The notes: generated from the sequence alone by a model not told the origin. Shown: positions 17,536 to 26,202, counted from the stretch's first letter. The stretch: 43,898 bases of DNA from Deltaproteobacteria bacterium (GCA_031400655.1 JANNQH010000088.1:1-43898), one strand, 5' to 3'. A program made the numbers and translations.

Positions 17536-18533
17536 GCGGCACCCGCCCCTGGTCGACTCGAGTCGTCGTGTTCGGGCCAGACGGGATTCGCGAGCACGGC
17601 CTCTGCATGCTCGGTCCAGCCGCTGCCTGCCTCCCAGCCGTCGGTCAACAAGGGCAGATCGACGACCGGCAGCTCGCACAGCGCGGACGCGTCGCGCCGA
17701 AATCGGATCGCGGAAGCCTCGCGGCGCGCGCCGTGCTCGAGCATCGCGCGCATCTCGGCCTGGGAGGGCAGCGCCGTGAAGACCGGCTCACCGCGAAGCC
17801 GTTCGAGGGCGGCCAGCGCCGTCGCAGCCCGTTCGCTCGGCATCTGGTTCACGACGACGCGGTCGACTGCGATTCGGATCTCCCGGCGCGCGCGATCGAC
17901 GAGCTCGTGCGTCTCCTTGACGGGCAGCTCCTCGGGCAGCGTCACCGGCAAGAGCAGCGTGCGTTCGGGATCGTGAACGAGCGTTTCGACCCAGCCCGCG
18001 TGACGAGCGAGCGGACCCGTGCGCACCGCTTGCTGGACGACACGGGGTACGTCGAGAAAAGTGAGGCCGTGTCCGGTGGCGGGGGCGTCGACGACGATCA
18101 GATCGAAGCTCGGGCGACCGCCCGCGTCGGTCCGCTGCTCGAGGTGCCAGATCTTTCCGAGCACGATCAGCTCGCGCCAACCCGGCGCCGCCTCGAGCAG
18201 CTGTCCGAAGGTGTCCGTGCGCAGGACCCGATCGGTCACCAGGCCGAGGCCGGTCTGGAGCCGCACGTATTCCGCGAGCGCTTCGTGGGGATCGATGCGC
18301 AGGGCGTGGAGGCCCGGCGCGAGCGAGCGCCCGGCGTGCCCGAGCGGCCGGGGACCCCGTTCGAAGCAAGCCGCGATCGCCTCCTGGGCGGCGGTTTCCA
18401 CCAGCAGGACTCGCTTTCCCGCGCGGCGTGCGGCCTCGGCCACGGCGCAGGCCACTGCGGTCTTACCGACGCCTCCTTTGCCGGTGACGACGATCAGGCG
18501 TCGTTCGAGCAGGCCGCGCGGGCTCGGATTCAC
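17532..18533 (-). CDS. ArsA/Get3-like P-loop ATPase, canonical copy
   Basis: Walker A VTGKGGVGKTA and ArsA signature VVDAPATGHGLTFL. The start is assigned to GTG 18533 (VNPSPRGLLERRLIVVTG), the only start codon near the P-loop. The rest of the 523-aa track ORF upstream looks non-coding. Confidence 0.8.
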   Translation of the reverse strand: MNPSPRGLLERRLIVVTGKGGVGKTAVACAVAEAARRAGKRVLLVETAAQEAIAACFERGPRPLGHAGRSLAPGLHALRIDPHEALAEYVRLQTGLGLVTDRVLRTDTFGQLLEAAPGWRELIVLGKIWHLEQRTDAGGRPSFDLIVVDAPATGHGLTFLDVPRVVQQAVRTGPLARHAGWVETLVHDPERTLLLPVTLPEELPVKETHELVDRARREIRIAVDRVVVNQMPSERAATALAALERLRGEPVFTALPSQAEMRAMLEHGARREASAIRFRRDASALCELPVVDLPLLTDGWEAGSGWTEHAEAVLANPVWPEHDDSSRPGAGAA

Positions 18534-18779
18534 GCGCCGACTCGGCGGGCGGCTGGGCCGTCGCGGTAGTGAAAACCCTTCGTCATATGCGGCGAGTCTA
18601 GCCGTGCAGTGCGATTCGCCCGAGTGCAGCGGGGCGGGGCCGGGCGGGGAGGTCGGCGGACGCGGCTCAAGCCCTGCCCGGTGGGGGCCGAAGAAGCCGA
18701 ACAGCAAAGTGTTTGTTGCGCGGTCCCGGGCGGAGAGCGATCCGCCACGGGCAGTCGCGCGCGGAGCGGGGAACGCGAC

Positions 18780-20174
18780 TTGATCGTGACTTGCCAGGAA
18801 TGTTCGACGAGCTTCCAGCTCGACGATGCGCGAATTCCGGCAGCGGGTGCGCGCGTGCGTTGCTCCCGCTGCAAACACGCCTTCTACCTGCCGAATCCGT
18901 CCGCGAGCCAGTCCCAGGCAATCCAGGCCGTCGTCGACGAGGCGATCCAGGGCAAGCTGGCGCGCTCGCCCGACGCGGCACACGACCTCACGAGTGCAAA
19001 CGGCGCCGATCCCGAGGAAGACGACTGGCAATTCTCGCAAGAGATCCGGGTCGCCGGCGACGAGCCCGACGAAGGCGAGCGCGCACGGGCCTCCTCGCCA
19101 CATCCCGATTCCTTTGATCTGACCGGTGATTTCGGCCGCGGCTTCGACCCGGACACGCTCTCCCGGGCAGAGCCCGCGAAGCCGCTCCCGACGGCGACCG
19201 CCGCAGCCGCAACGTCAACGCGCCCGAAGGCCACGGCGATACCGGCCCCCGCTGCAGCCGCTGCCACACCTGTGAAAGCGCCGGCCTCCGAGCCGAGGGG
19301 CGAGGAGTCGAGCTTCGGCTCGATTGATGATTTCTCCGCTCTGATCGATGACGAAGATGTCTCGATCGACCTGGCTACGGAGCCCGTGCCGGAGGCGCGT
19401 CGACACGCGCCTCGTTTCGAACCGCTGGCGGCCGCGCCCGCAGTGACCGGAGCTTCGGATGATCTCGGCGACCCGGAGAGCTGGGACATCGTTGGCGGTG
19501 ATGGCGCGCGGCAGGCGAAATCGGCGGTCGCAGCACTCGTCCGGCCGCCGGCGGTCGCAGCGAAAACGAAGAAGGTTGCCGACAAGACGCCCCTCGATCT
19601 CTTCGCCGACACGGATCTGCCGCCCATCCGCGACGACCAGGACGAATCCCCGGCCACCTATCAACGATTCGTGGGGGTCGGAAAGCTCGTCGGCTGGTGT
19701 GTCACGGCATTGAGCATCGCCGTTGTCGGGAACAGCCTGATGCGCCCTGAGTGGTCCCGCTGGCCCGTGGCGCGGCAGCGGGTCGAGATCGGACCGTTCA
19801 TCGCCGAGACGACTCGCACGGGTTGGCTCGAAACGAGCCGCGCGGGATTCCTGCTCGTCGTCGAAGGGGAGCTCCGCAACACCGGGAGCCAACCGGTCGC
19901 CCCGGTCCCCATCCAGCTCGCGCTGCTCGATCGATCCGGTGAGCGACTCGCGGCCCCGCCGATTCGCGCCGGTCAGCCGTTCGCGGAGCTCGCGCTCCGG
20001 GAATCGCGACCCGAAGAGCTCTCGACCCAGGTCCATCAGTCCATCTCGGGCTGGCTCGCGACGCCGCTTGCGCCCGGCGAGGTCCGCCGCTTCACGGCGA
20101 TCTCGCGCGCGGATGAGCTGCCGGAGGCCGCGCACCGCATGCTGCTCGAGGCGGGGCAACCCGCGAAGCCCTAG
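18780..20174 (+). CDS. MJ0042-type zinc-ribbon / DUF3426-like membrane protein
   Basis: TTG start gives (M)IVTCQECSTSFQLDD...RVRCSRCKHAFYLP, a CxxC...CxxC zinc ribbon. This is followed by a long acidic/Ala-Pro-rich disordered region, one TM segment (LVGWCVTALSIAVVG) and a C-terminal beta-rich domain like DUF3426. The start codon is uncertain. Confidence 0.75.
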   Translation: MIVTCQECSTSFQLDDARIPAAGARVRCSRCKHAFYLPNPSASQSQAIQAVVDEAIQGKLARSPDAAHDLTSANGADPEEDDWQFSQEIRVAGDEPDEGERARASSPHPDSFDLTGDFGRGFDPDTLSRAEPAKPLPTATAAAATSTRPKATAIPAPAAAAATPVKAPASEPRGEESSFGSIDDFSALIDDEDVSIDLATEPVPEARRHAPRFEPLAAAPAVTGASDDLGDPESWDIVGGDGARQAKSAVAALVRPPAVAAKTKKVADKTPLDLFADTDLPPIRDDQDESPATYQRFVGVGKLVGWCVTALSIAVVGNSLMRPEWSRWPVARQRVEIGPFIAETTRTGWLETSRAGFLLVVEGELRNTGSQPVAPVPIQLALLDRSGERLAAPPIRAGQPFAELALRESRPEELSTQVHQSISGWLATPLAPGEVRRFTAISRADELPEAAHRMLLEAGQPAKP

Positions 20175-20190
20175 CCGGTCAGGGGACGGC

Positions 20191-20397
20191 TCAGGGGGTG
20201 GAATCGGAGTTGCGGCCGGGGTCGACCTTCTTCTTGTCCGGCGTGACGTCGATTTCGTCGGCGCCCGAGAGTCCGCTCTTGAAATTCTTGATCGCCTTGC
20301 CGAATCCGGATCCGATCTCGGGCAGTCGGCGCGCGCCGAAGAGCACGATCACGATCACCAGGATGACGACGAGTTCCATCGGGCCCAATCCGAACAT
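20191..20397 (-). CDS. tatA: Twin-arginine translocase subunit TatA/E
   Basis: Internal ATG 20397 preceded by GGAGA. The 68-aa product [40 protein letters not shown] is the TatA TM plus amphipathic helix signature. Confidence 0.9.
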   Translation of the reverse strand: MFGLGPMELVVILVIVIVLFGARRLPEIGSGFGKAIKNFKSGLSGADEIDVTPDKKKVDPGRNSDSTP

Positions 20398-20536
20398 CCG
20401 AGTCTCCAGTCGCGCCTTGCAGGGGCGATTCGAAGCGATGGTGCCGCCCGGGGCTCGTCGGGTCAAGCGAGCGTCGACTTGAGCGGGTGTCGGTCGGCGC
20501 AACGTGGACGAGAGGATGGAGGCTAGGATCACGTCC

Positions 20537-21895
20537 ATGGCGATCTTCAAGGCATACGACATCCGGGGCATCGTGCCCGACGAGCTCGATCGCGAGCAGG
20601 CCTATCGAATCGGCCGCGCCGTCGCGCATTTCATCGCGGCTTCGCCGATTGCGGTGGGACGCGATGCGCGGGTCCATTCCCCCGAGCTCGCAAACGCCCT
20701 CGTCGAGGGGATCCGCGACGAGGGCATCGACGTCATCGACCTCGGGCTCGTCGCGACCCCGATGCTCTATTTCGGTGTCGACGCGCTCGCGGCGGCGGCC
20801 GGTGTGATGGTGACCGCCTCCCATAATCCCGGTCGCTACAACGGATTCAAGGTCTGCCGCGCCCACGCGGTTCCCGTGGGCGAGGTGAGCGGACTGCGGG
20901 AGATCGAGGCGCTGTGCGAGGCCCGGGCGAATGCGGCGCCGGCGGCGAGGCGCGGACAGCTCGGGACACACGACGTGCGCGCGGGTTATGCGCGGCACGT
21001 GCTCGCGGTGGGGACGCAGCGACCGGCGCTGAAAGTCGCCATCGATTGCGGCAACGGCATGGCCGGGGTTGGCCTCGAGGCGGTGCTCGAGCAGCTGCCG
21101 GTCGAGGTCGTCAAGCTCTACTTCGAGCCCGATGGCACGTTTCCGAATCACGAGGCCGATCCGCTGAAGCTCGAGAACCTGGCGGACCTGGTCGCGGCGG
21201 TGCGCCGCAGCGGGGCGGATTTCGGCGTCGCCTTCGACGGCGATGGGGACCGCGCGGTCTTCGTCGATGGCACCGGCGAGCCCGTCTCCGCCGACCTCGC
21301 GACCGCCTTGATCGCACGCCACCTGCTCGCGCGGCACCCCGGTGCGCGGGTGCTCTACGACCTGCGCTCCTCCCGGGTGGTGGCCGAGGAGATCGAGAAG
21401 AGCGGCGGGGTCGCTGGAATGTGCCGGGTGGGCCATTCCTTCGTGAAGGCCCAGATGCGCGAAGAGGGCGCCCTGTTTGCCGGCGAGCTCTCGGGTCACC
21501 TCTATTTCCGTTTCAGTGACTCGCTCGTCGCCGACGATGGGACGGCGGCCTTCGTCGCGCTGCTCGACGTGCTCGGGGCCGAGGGTCGATCGCTGGCGGA
21601 GCTGGTGAAGCCGCTTCGGCGCTACGCGGCGAGCGGCGAGCTCAACAACCGGGTGAGCGACGCGAATCTCGTGCTGCGGGAGATCGAGGCCGAGCACCGC
21701 GATGCGCCCGAGATCTCCCACCTCGACGGCCTGCTGGTGCGCTATCCGACCTGGTGGTTCAATCTGCGCGCGTCCAATACCGAGCCGGTGCTGCGCCTGA
21801 ATCTCGAGGCGGACACCGCCGACGAGATGGTGCGGCGCCGCGATGTCCTGTTGGCGCGCATCCGGTCGTTCGCGCCCACTCGGCCCGCGAGCTAG
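20537..21895 (+). CDS. Phosphomannomutase/phosphoglucomutase (alpha-D-phosphohexomutase family)
   Basis: N-terminus [11 protein letters not shown] and active-site TASHNP. It has the four-domain length expected. The ATG at 20504 or 20516 are possible alternative starts. Confidence 0.9.
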   Translation: MAIFKAYDIRGIVPDELDREQAYRIGRAVAHFIAASPIAVGRDARVHSPELANALVEGIRDEGIDVIDLGLVATPMLYFGVDALAAAAGVMVTASHNPGRYNGFKVCRAHAVPVGEVSGLREIEALCEARANAAPAARRGQLGTHDVRAGYARHVLAVGTQRPALKVAIDCGNGMAGVGLEAVLEQLPVEVVKLYFEPDGTFPNHEADPLKLENLADLVAAVRRSGADFGVAFDGDGDRAVFVDGTGEPVSADLATALIARHLLARHPGARVLYDLRSSRVVAEEIEKSGGVAGMCRVGHSFVKAQMREEGALFAGELSGHLYFRFSDSLVADDGTAAFVALLDVLGAEGRSLAELVKPLRRYAASGELNNRVSDANLVLREIEAEHRDAPEISHLDGLLVRYPTWWFNLRASNTEPVLRLNLEADTADEMVRRRDVLLARIRSFAPTRPAS

Positions 21896-21935
21896 GCGCA
21901 GACGCGCGGGAATTCGAGCCAGCGAGGTCGGGTCG

Positions 21936-22751
21936 ATGCGGTCGGGTTTCGCGGGGTTCGAGGACGGGCTGCGACTCCTTTTCGAAGGGGCTCGATTCCT
22001 TCGCCGGGAGCCGTCGCTCTGGCCGCTCGCGATCGTGCCGGTGTTTCTCTCGCTCGTTTTCGTGGCGATCGCAGGCTCGCTGTTCTTCGCCAATCTTTCA
22101 GCGATCGCCGCCTGGTGCAATTCCCTCCTGCCCGTGCTCGTGGCGACGACCTGGTGGAGCTGGCTTTGGGTCGGTCCGGCGATGTTCATCGTCTGGATTG
22201 CGGGCGGGCTCGCGGTGGTCGTCGTGTTCGGCGCAGCGATCGTGGCGTCGCTGCTCGCGGCGAATCTCGTCAGTGCCCCGTTTCTCGAGCGGCTCTCCTG
22301 GCGGGTCGAGCGGATCGAGCGGGCGGGTCAGGTCGACGACGCGGAGGAGGGTTCGAATGCCGTCGGCGCCGCGCTTCGCAGCTTTCTGGCGGAGCTCCAG
22401 CGCATCGGTTTTCTCGTGCTCGTCTGGACCGGGCTCTCGCTGGCCGGTCTCGTCGTGCCCGGGGCGCATCTGCTGACCGCGCCGCTGCTCGTGATCGTGA
22501 CGATCCTCTTCCTGCCCCTCGAGTACGCGGGTCACGCCTTCGATCGGCGCGGGGCATCGTTCCGCGATCGTCTGCGATTCGTGCGCGCGAACCTGTGGAC
22601 GATGACGGGCTTTGGCAGTGTGGCTTTCGTCGCCTGCTTCCTGCCGGGACTCAATCTGCTGATGATGCCGGCCCTCGTCACGGCCGGGACGCTGCTCGTC
22701 GTGCGGCGCGATCCCGTGGCGGACGGCATGAGCGATTTATCGTCGTTCTAG
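21936..22751 (+). CDS. EI24/CysZ-family integral membrane protein
   Basis: Start ATG 21936 (MRSGFAGFEDGLRLLFEGARFL), a typical CysZ/EI24 N-terminus, followed by several TM segments. The assignment is from recalled family resemblance. Confidence 0.65.
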   Translation: MRSGFAGFEDGLRLLFEGARFLRREPSLWPLAIVPVFLSLVFVAIAGSLFFANLSAIAAWCNSLLPVLVATTWWSWLWVGPAMFIVWIAGGLAVVVVFGAAIVASLLAANLVSAPFLERLSWRVERIERAGQVDDAEEGSNAVGAALRSFLAELQRIGFLVLVWTGLSLAGLVVPGAHLLTAPLLVIVTILFLPLEYAGHAFDRRGASFRDRLRFVRANLWTMTGFGSVAFVACFLPGLNLLMMPALVTAGTLLVVRRDPVADGMSDLSSF

Positions 22752-23509
22752 AAGCCGAGATGTGAGGCGAGGAAGGGCCGGGCGGCAGCCGGCCAGTCGC
22801 TCGTGCGTCGGTCGAAATAAACCGTCAGGACCGCGGCTCTTTCGCCCGAGCGAGTACCGTTTGAAACAGAGTCGGCATTCGGGAAGGGCGGAGGCGTCTG
22901 GCGTTTGTCGCCCGGCGCACGCGCGAGCACCGCCGCCCCGATCCGCTCTTCTTGCTGCACGAGTGACGAACCCAGGCGGGCACCCAACCCGAAACCAAGG
23001 AAGCCGACCCGCTTCGCGTCGACCTCGTCGAGCTGCAGTACGGCATCGAGGGTACGAATGAGATCTGCGATTGCCTGACGCAGAAACTCGTCGACGAGGA
23101 CCTGGCTATTCCGGTCGACAGAATCTCCCCGTTCGATGGCCAGTGTCGATTCGATCAGTCGCTCGCTCAATTTGGGACTCGCGCGATGCCCGTGGAGAGG
23201 CAGATCGATTACGGCGACCGTCAGCCCGTCGGCCACCCAACTCGCGATTGGGCCGAAGTCGGTCGATGCGGCGGAGGCACCGGCTTCGTGGGCAAGCAGG
23301 AGAAGGGCCGGGAGTCTGTCGCGCTGACTCGCCGTGGGAGCAACGGATCGTGCCAGAACTCCATTCACGATGTCCCCGCGCGACACGAGCTCGATCCGAT
23401 CGGCTCGAACAGCGTGCCACACGCCGGCGCCCTCGAGAGGTCGCAGCGTGGCGCGCGCGGGCGTCTCCACGTGATCGGAAAGAAATGCGGCACGGGTCAT
23501 CGTGCGCAC
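22748..23509 (-). CDS. Alpha/beta-hydrolase (dienelactone-hydrolase-like) fold protein, apparently lacking the nucleophile
   Basis: 253 aa with LLLAHEAG...VIDLPLHGHR and a nucleophile-elbow-like RVGFLGFGLGARLG, where Gly occupies the Ser/Cys position. Confidence 0.5.
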   Translation of the reverse strand: MRTMTRAAFLSDHVETPARATLRPLEGAGVWHAVRADRIELVSRGDIVNGVLARSVAPTASQRDRLPALLLLAHEAGASAASTDFGPIASWVADGLTVAVIDLPLHGHRASPKLSERLIESTLAIERGDSVDRNSQVLVDEFLRQAIADLIRTLDAVLQLDEVDAKRVGFLGFGLGARLGSSLVQQEERIGAAVLARAPGDKRQTPPPFPNADSVSNGTRSGERAAVLTVYFDRRTSDWPAAARPFLASHLGF

Positions 23510-23579
23510 GGTAGCAGCCGGAGACCGCGGGCCGGAAGCACCTTCAGCGAGTCGGGAGCCCTCTGCGAGTCAAGAGCCC

Positions 23580-24248
23580 TCAGCGTGTGAGAAGCAGCTT
23601 GCGCGTCCGGTAGAGATTCGATTTCACCGAGTCCTCGGACTTCGAGAGCGTCCGCGCGATCTCGGCGATCGGAATCGAATCGAGGTGGTGAAGCTCGAAG
23701 ACCGTCCGCTGCTCGTCGCTGATCTCGGTCTCGAGCGTTCGGCAGATCTGAGAGGCTCGTTCGTGGAATTCGTAGTTTTCGAGCGGGGTTGCTTCGGGTT
23801 GGCCGGCGGCCGTCAAGCTCCCGACCGCGCGCTCCTCGTCCTCTTCCAGGAGGGGCACGACCGGATGGCGCTTGCGCCGGAATCGCGCCGCGAGGGTTCG
23901 GCGTGTCAGGCCGAAGATCCAGGCTGCGAAAGGCGCTTCACCGCGGTATCCGTCGAGCGACGAGAAGACGTTGATGAAGACTTCCTGGGTCGTCTCTTCC
24001 GTGTCCCAGCGATTGCGCAGGCGCTTGTCGAGGAACGCGTACACCCGCTTGAAATAACGCTGGTAGAGCTCGTCGAAGGCCGCCCGCTCACCGGCTCGCA
24101 CTCGATCCACGAGCGCTTCGTCCGGCAGGATGTCCGGCGTATGAGCGGTCTCTGCGGTAATCGCGCTGGCGAGCGTCCGCGCGCCTACAGCGCGGGCTGC
24201 TGCCTCGCTGAGTCCATGCACGGTCGTTCTGGAGTCGTGAAAATTCAC
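23580..24248 (-). CDS. ECF-type RNA polymerase sigma-70 family factor
   Basis: Region 2 (FDELYQRYFKRVYAFLDKRLRNRWDTEETTQEVFINVF) and region 4 (SDEQRTVFELHHLDSIPIAEIARTLSKSEDSVKSNLYRTRKLL). I prefer the GTG at 24248 preceded by AAGGA. The track ATG at 24449 would add 67 poorly coding-looking residues. Confidence 0.85.
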   Translation of the reverse strand: MNFHDSRTTVHGLSEAAARAVGARTLASAITAETAHTPDILPDEALVDRVRAGERAAFDELYQRYFKRVYAFLDKRLRNRWDTEETTQEVFINVFSSLDGYRGEAPFAAWIFGLTRRTLAARFRRKRHPVVPLLEEDEERAVGSLTAAGQPEATPLENYEFHERASQICRTLETEISDEQRTVFELHHLDSIPIAEIARTLSKSEDSVKSNLYRTRKLLLTR

Positions 24249-24513
24249 AAGCCGAATCCTTCGAGTCCAAGCGTCCTCGACTATTAACCAGACCCAGAGC
24301 CCGGTCCCGTACGTCACTCGCGCCACGAGGCCACGTGGGACGACACGGGTCCAGACCTCTCCAGATCGCCCAGGTCGATCCAGAGAACCCCCCGGATGGG
24401 AAGTAGCCGCGAGCCAGGCGGAGGTGGCAAGAAATGTCACCTGTGCCAAAAATCGTCATCGCGCGGGGTCGGGCCCCGAGGGCGGTAGCCTGTTCGCCAG
24501 GGCATTGGGCGGA

Positions 24514-25281
24514 CTATTGGCCGGGGAATAGGTCGGGGTCCGGCGCGGTCGGGCGGCGGGGCGCCGTGTCGACATCTGGCTGGAACTCGAGATCCGTGTC
24601 GACGAGGCCGGTGCGAAAGGCGGAGGGACTCGGTGGGGCGATGAAAGGGCGCGCGCGCTCCAGACGTTCGAGTCGTTCGGAGCGGCGCGCAGGTTCGGCG
24701 GCGACGGCGGGCAGGATGGCGGGACCCGAGGCGTTGCCGTCGCGACGCGCGCCAGGGGGATGGCGATCCGGGCGCGTGATCGGCTGTGTGATCGGCTGTG
24801 TGGCCGGCTGCGCGGGTCGCTGATCCAGAGGCTCGATCAGGAGCCTCGATTGGCCGTGGCTGTGAAGGCCGCGACTGCGCCAGAGCTGCACCGTCTCGGC
24901 GGGGAAATTGTCTGCGGCCGCGCGCGCCTCCGGGCCGAAGTCTCGGCAGACGAGCAGCACCCGGGGCTCGGCCGACGGCTCGATCCCGAGCCCGGTCGCG
25001 AGCTTCAGGAAATCGGTGCGTCGCGGCCGCAACCACGAAAGGTCGGCGAGCGAGCGCGTCAGGGCCGCCGCGTCGTCGTCGGCCTCGGCGAACCGGATCG
25101 CAACGAGCTCGCCATTGCCCCCGACGGCGAGCAGGTCGATGGTCGAGCTCTCGGCGAGAAATCCCTCGGCGATGACGTGCAGCTCGGGCAACAGGCTGCG
25201 CAGCGCGTGGTGCAGGGCGTGCCGAAGGCTCGGCCGATCCGGGAATCCCTCGAGCGCTCGCGCTGTCGCTCGTTCAGCCAA
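24514..25281 (-). CDS. Hypothetical protein with a NucS/DUF91-like PD-(D/E)xK fold (catalytic E and K not conserved) and a Pro-rich disordered C-terminal tail
   Basis: STIDLLAVGGNGELVAIRFAEADDDAAALTRSLADLSWL ... RVLLVCRDFGPEARAAADNF resembles the NucS C-terminal nuclease core, but the ExK position reads RFA. The TTG start at 25281 is preceded by AGGAG at 8 nt and overlaps the upstream stop. Confidence 0.55.
   Translation of the reverse strand: MAERATARALEGFPDRPSLRHALHHALRSLLPELHVIAEGFLAESSTIDLLAVGGNGELVAIRFAEADDDAAALTRSLADLSWLRPRRTDFLKLATGLGIEPSAEPRVLLVCRDFGPEARAAADNFPAETVQLWRSRGLHSHGQSRLLIEPLDQRPAQPATQPITQPITRPDRHPPGARRDGNASGPAILPAVAAEPARRSERLERLERARPFIAPPSPSAFRTGLVDTDLEFQPDVDTAPRRPTAPDPDLFPGQ
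24777..24812 (-). repeat. 12-nt tandem repeat (two perfect copies and one degenerate copy) inside the CDS
   Basis: tgatcggctgtg tgatcggctgtg tggccggctgcg. It encodes QPATQPITQPIT in the tail of the 24514..25281 protein. Confidence 0.8.
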
Positions 25282-26134
25282 GGACCCGGCTCCTGGCGTC
25301 CTCGTAGAGCAGCCGCGCCACGTCACGGAGCGCACGGCTGGCGGGCGCCTGGGGATGGGCGAGGCCGATCGGCCGTCCAGCGGCGATCGCGCGGTAGACG
25401 TCGAGGTCGTCGACCAGGAGCCCGTAGCTCATGAGCGGAATGCCGAGCCGCTCTTCACAGCTCCGCGCGAGCTCGTCGAAGGCGGCGCGCGCATCGGCGA
25501 TGTGGCGGACGCCGTGCAGCGTGACGCCGATGTCGAGGCCGGGCTGTCTGTCGACGAGCTGCTTCACCCGCTCGAAGCTGGCCGCCGTGTCCTGGCGCCG
25601 AGGTGACGTGAACAGCAAGAGCCAGCGGATCGGATCCATCGACTCGCCCGCATCGGCGAGCCAGGCGGGCGGAATGCGCGTGAACACGATGCCGCCCCGG
25701 CGCGCCGTCTTGCTCCGCTCTTCAGCGAGTCCGGCGGCGGCCCGTCGAAGCTCGATCAGATTGCCCGCCGGGCAGTAGACGACCTCGCTGCCGAAGTCGC
25801 CCGGTCCCTCGGCGGGCCAGAGCGGGGTGTCGCGATCGGAGTCCGGCGCGAGGATCACGCTCGCCCCGCCGTGACGGGCAGTCTCGATTGCGAGGTTCCA
25901 GGTTAAGGCGGCGTGGACCACGTCGCGCTCGCCGATCGGGACCCCGAGCACCGAGAGCGGAAGCCGACTCGTCCCGGGACGTCCCGCCAACGTGCGGCGC
26001 GCGGGCGGCGGTGAAATCGCGAAGGGCGTCGCCGGGCGCCCGCGCAGCTCGCGATCGGCTTCCCGACGCGACTCCGGCGCGCCGTCGAGCTCGGGCAGGA
26101 AATAGTGCAGGACATCGGACAGATCGCGCGGCAC
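25274..26134 (-). CDS. ParA/MinD-fold paralogue with a degenerate Walker A (predicted non-catalytic)
   Basis: LSVLGVPIGERDVVHAALTWNLAIETARHGGASVILAPD aligns by eye to the xxGKGGxGKTT...LxxxGxxVLLxDxD region, but both lysines are absent. The C-terminus (LMSYGLLVDDLDVYRAIAAGRPIGLAHPQAPASRALRDVARLL) is typical of MinD/ParA/FlhG. The start is uncertain: GTG 26134 is chosen, while ATG 26281 would overlap parA by 79 nt. Confidence 0.55.
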   Translation of the reverse strand: MPRDLSDVLHYFLPELDGAPESRREADRELRGRPATPFAISPPPARRTLAGRPGTSRLPLSVLGVPIGERDVVHAALTWNLAIETARHGGASVILAPDSDRDTPLWPAEGPGDFGSEVVYCPAGNLIELRRAAAGLAEERSKTARRGGIVFTRIPPAWLADAGESMDPIRWLLLFTSPRRQDTAASFERVKQLVDRQPGLDIGVTLHGVRHIADARAAFDELARSCEERLGIPLMSYGLLVDDLDVYRAIAAGRPIGLAHPQAPASRALRDVARLLYEDARSRVLG

Positions 26135-26202
26135 GGCAGCTCTCGAGACCGCAGGGCCTCTCCAGTTTGAAGGTTCGAGGCGATCTCCGGCTCGCGGGGG
26201 CC

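Noticed and set aside
20171-22189. 672-aa minus-strand ORF
   Set aside because: It is antisense to the phosphomannomutase and EI24-like genes, has low-complexity Arg/Pro/Gly-rich sequence, and shows no motifs. Shadow ORF.
24426-24448. Sigma54-like TGGCAC ... TTGCC on the minus strand upstream of the ECF sigma gene
   Set aside because: The spacing between the GG and GC elements is wrong: 12 nt lie between TGGCAC and TTGC instead of about 5. It does not fit the -24/-12 geometry.
24777-24812. Short tandem repeats (here and at 38504..38563) as possible CRISPR or other repeat arrays
   Set aside because: The units are only 12 nt, contiguous without spacers, in frame inside coding sequences, and encode low-complexity peptide repeats. 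They are not CRISPR.
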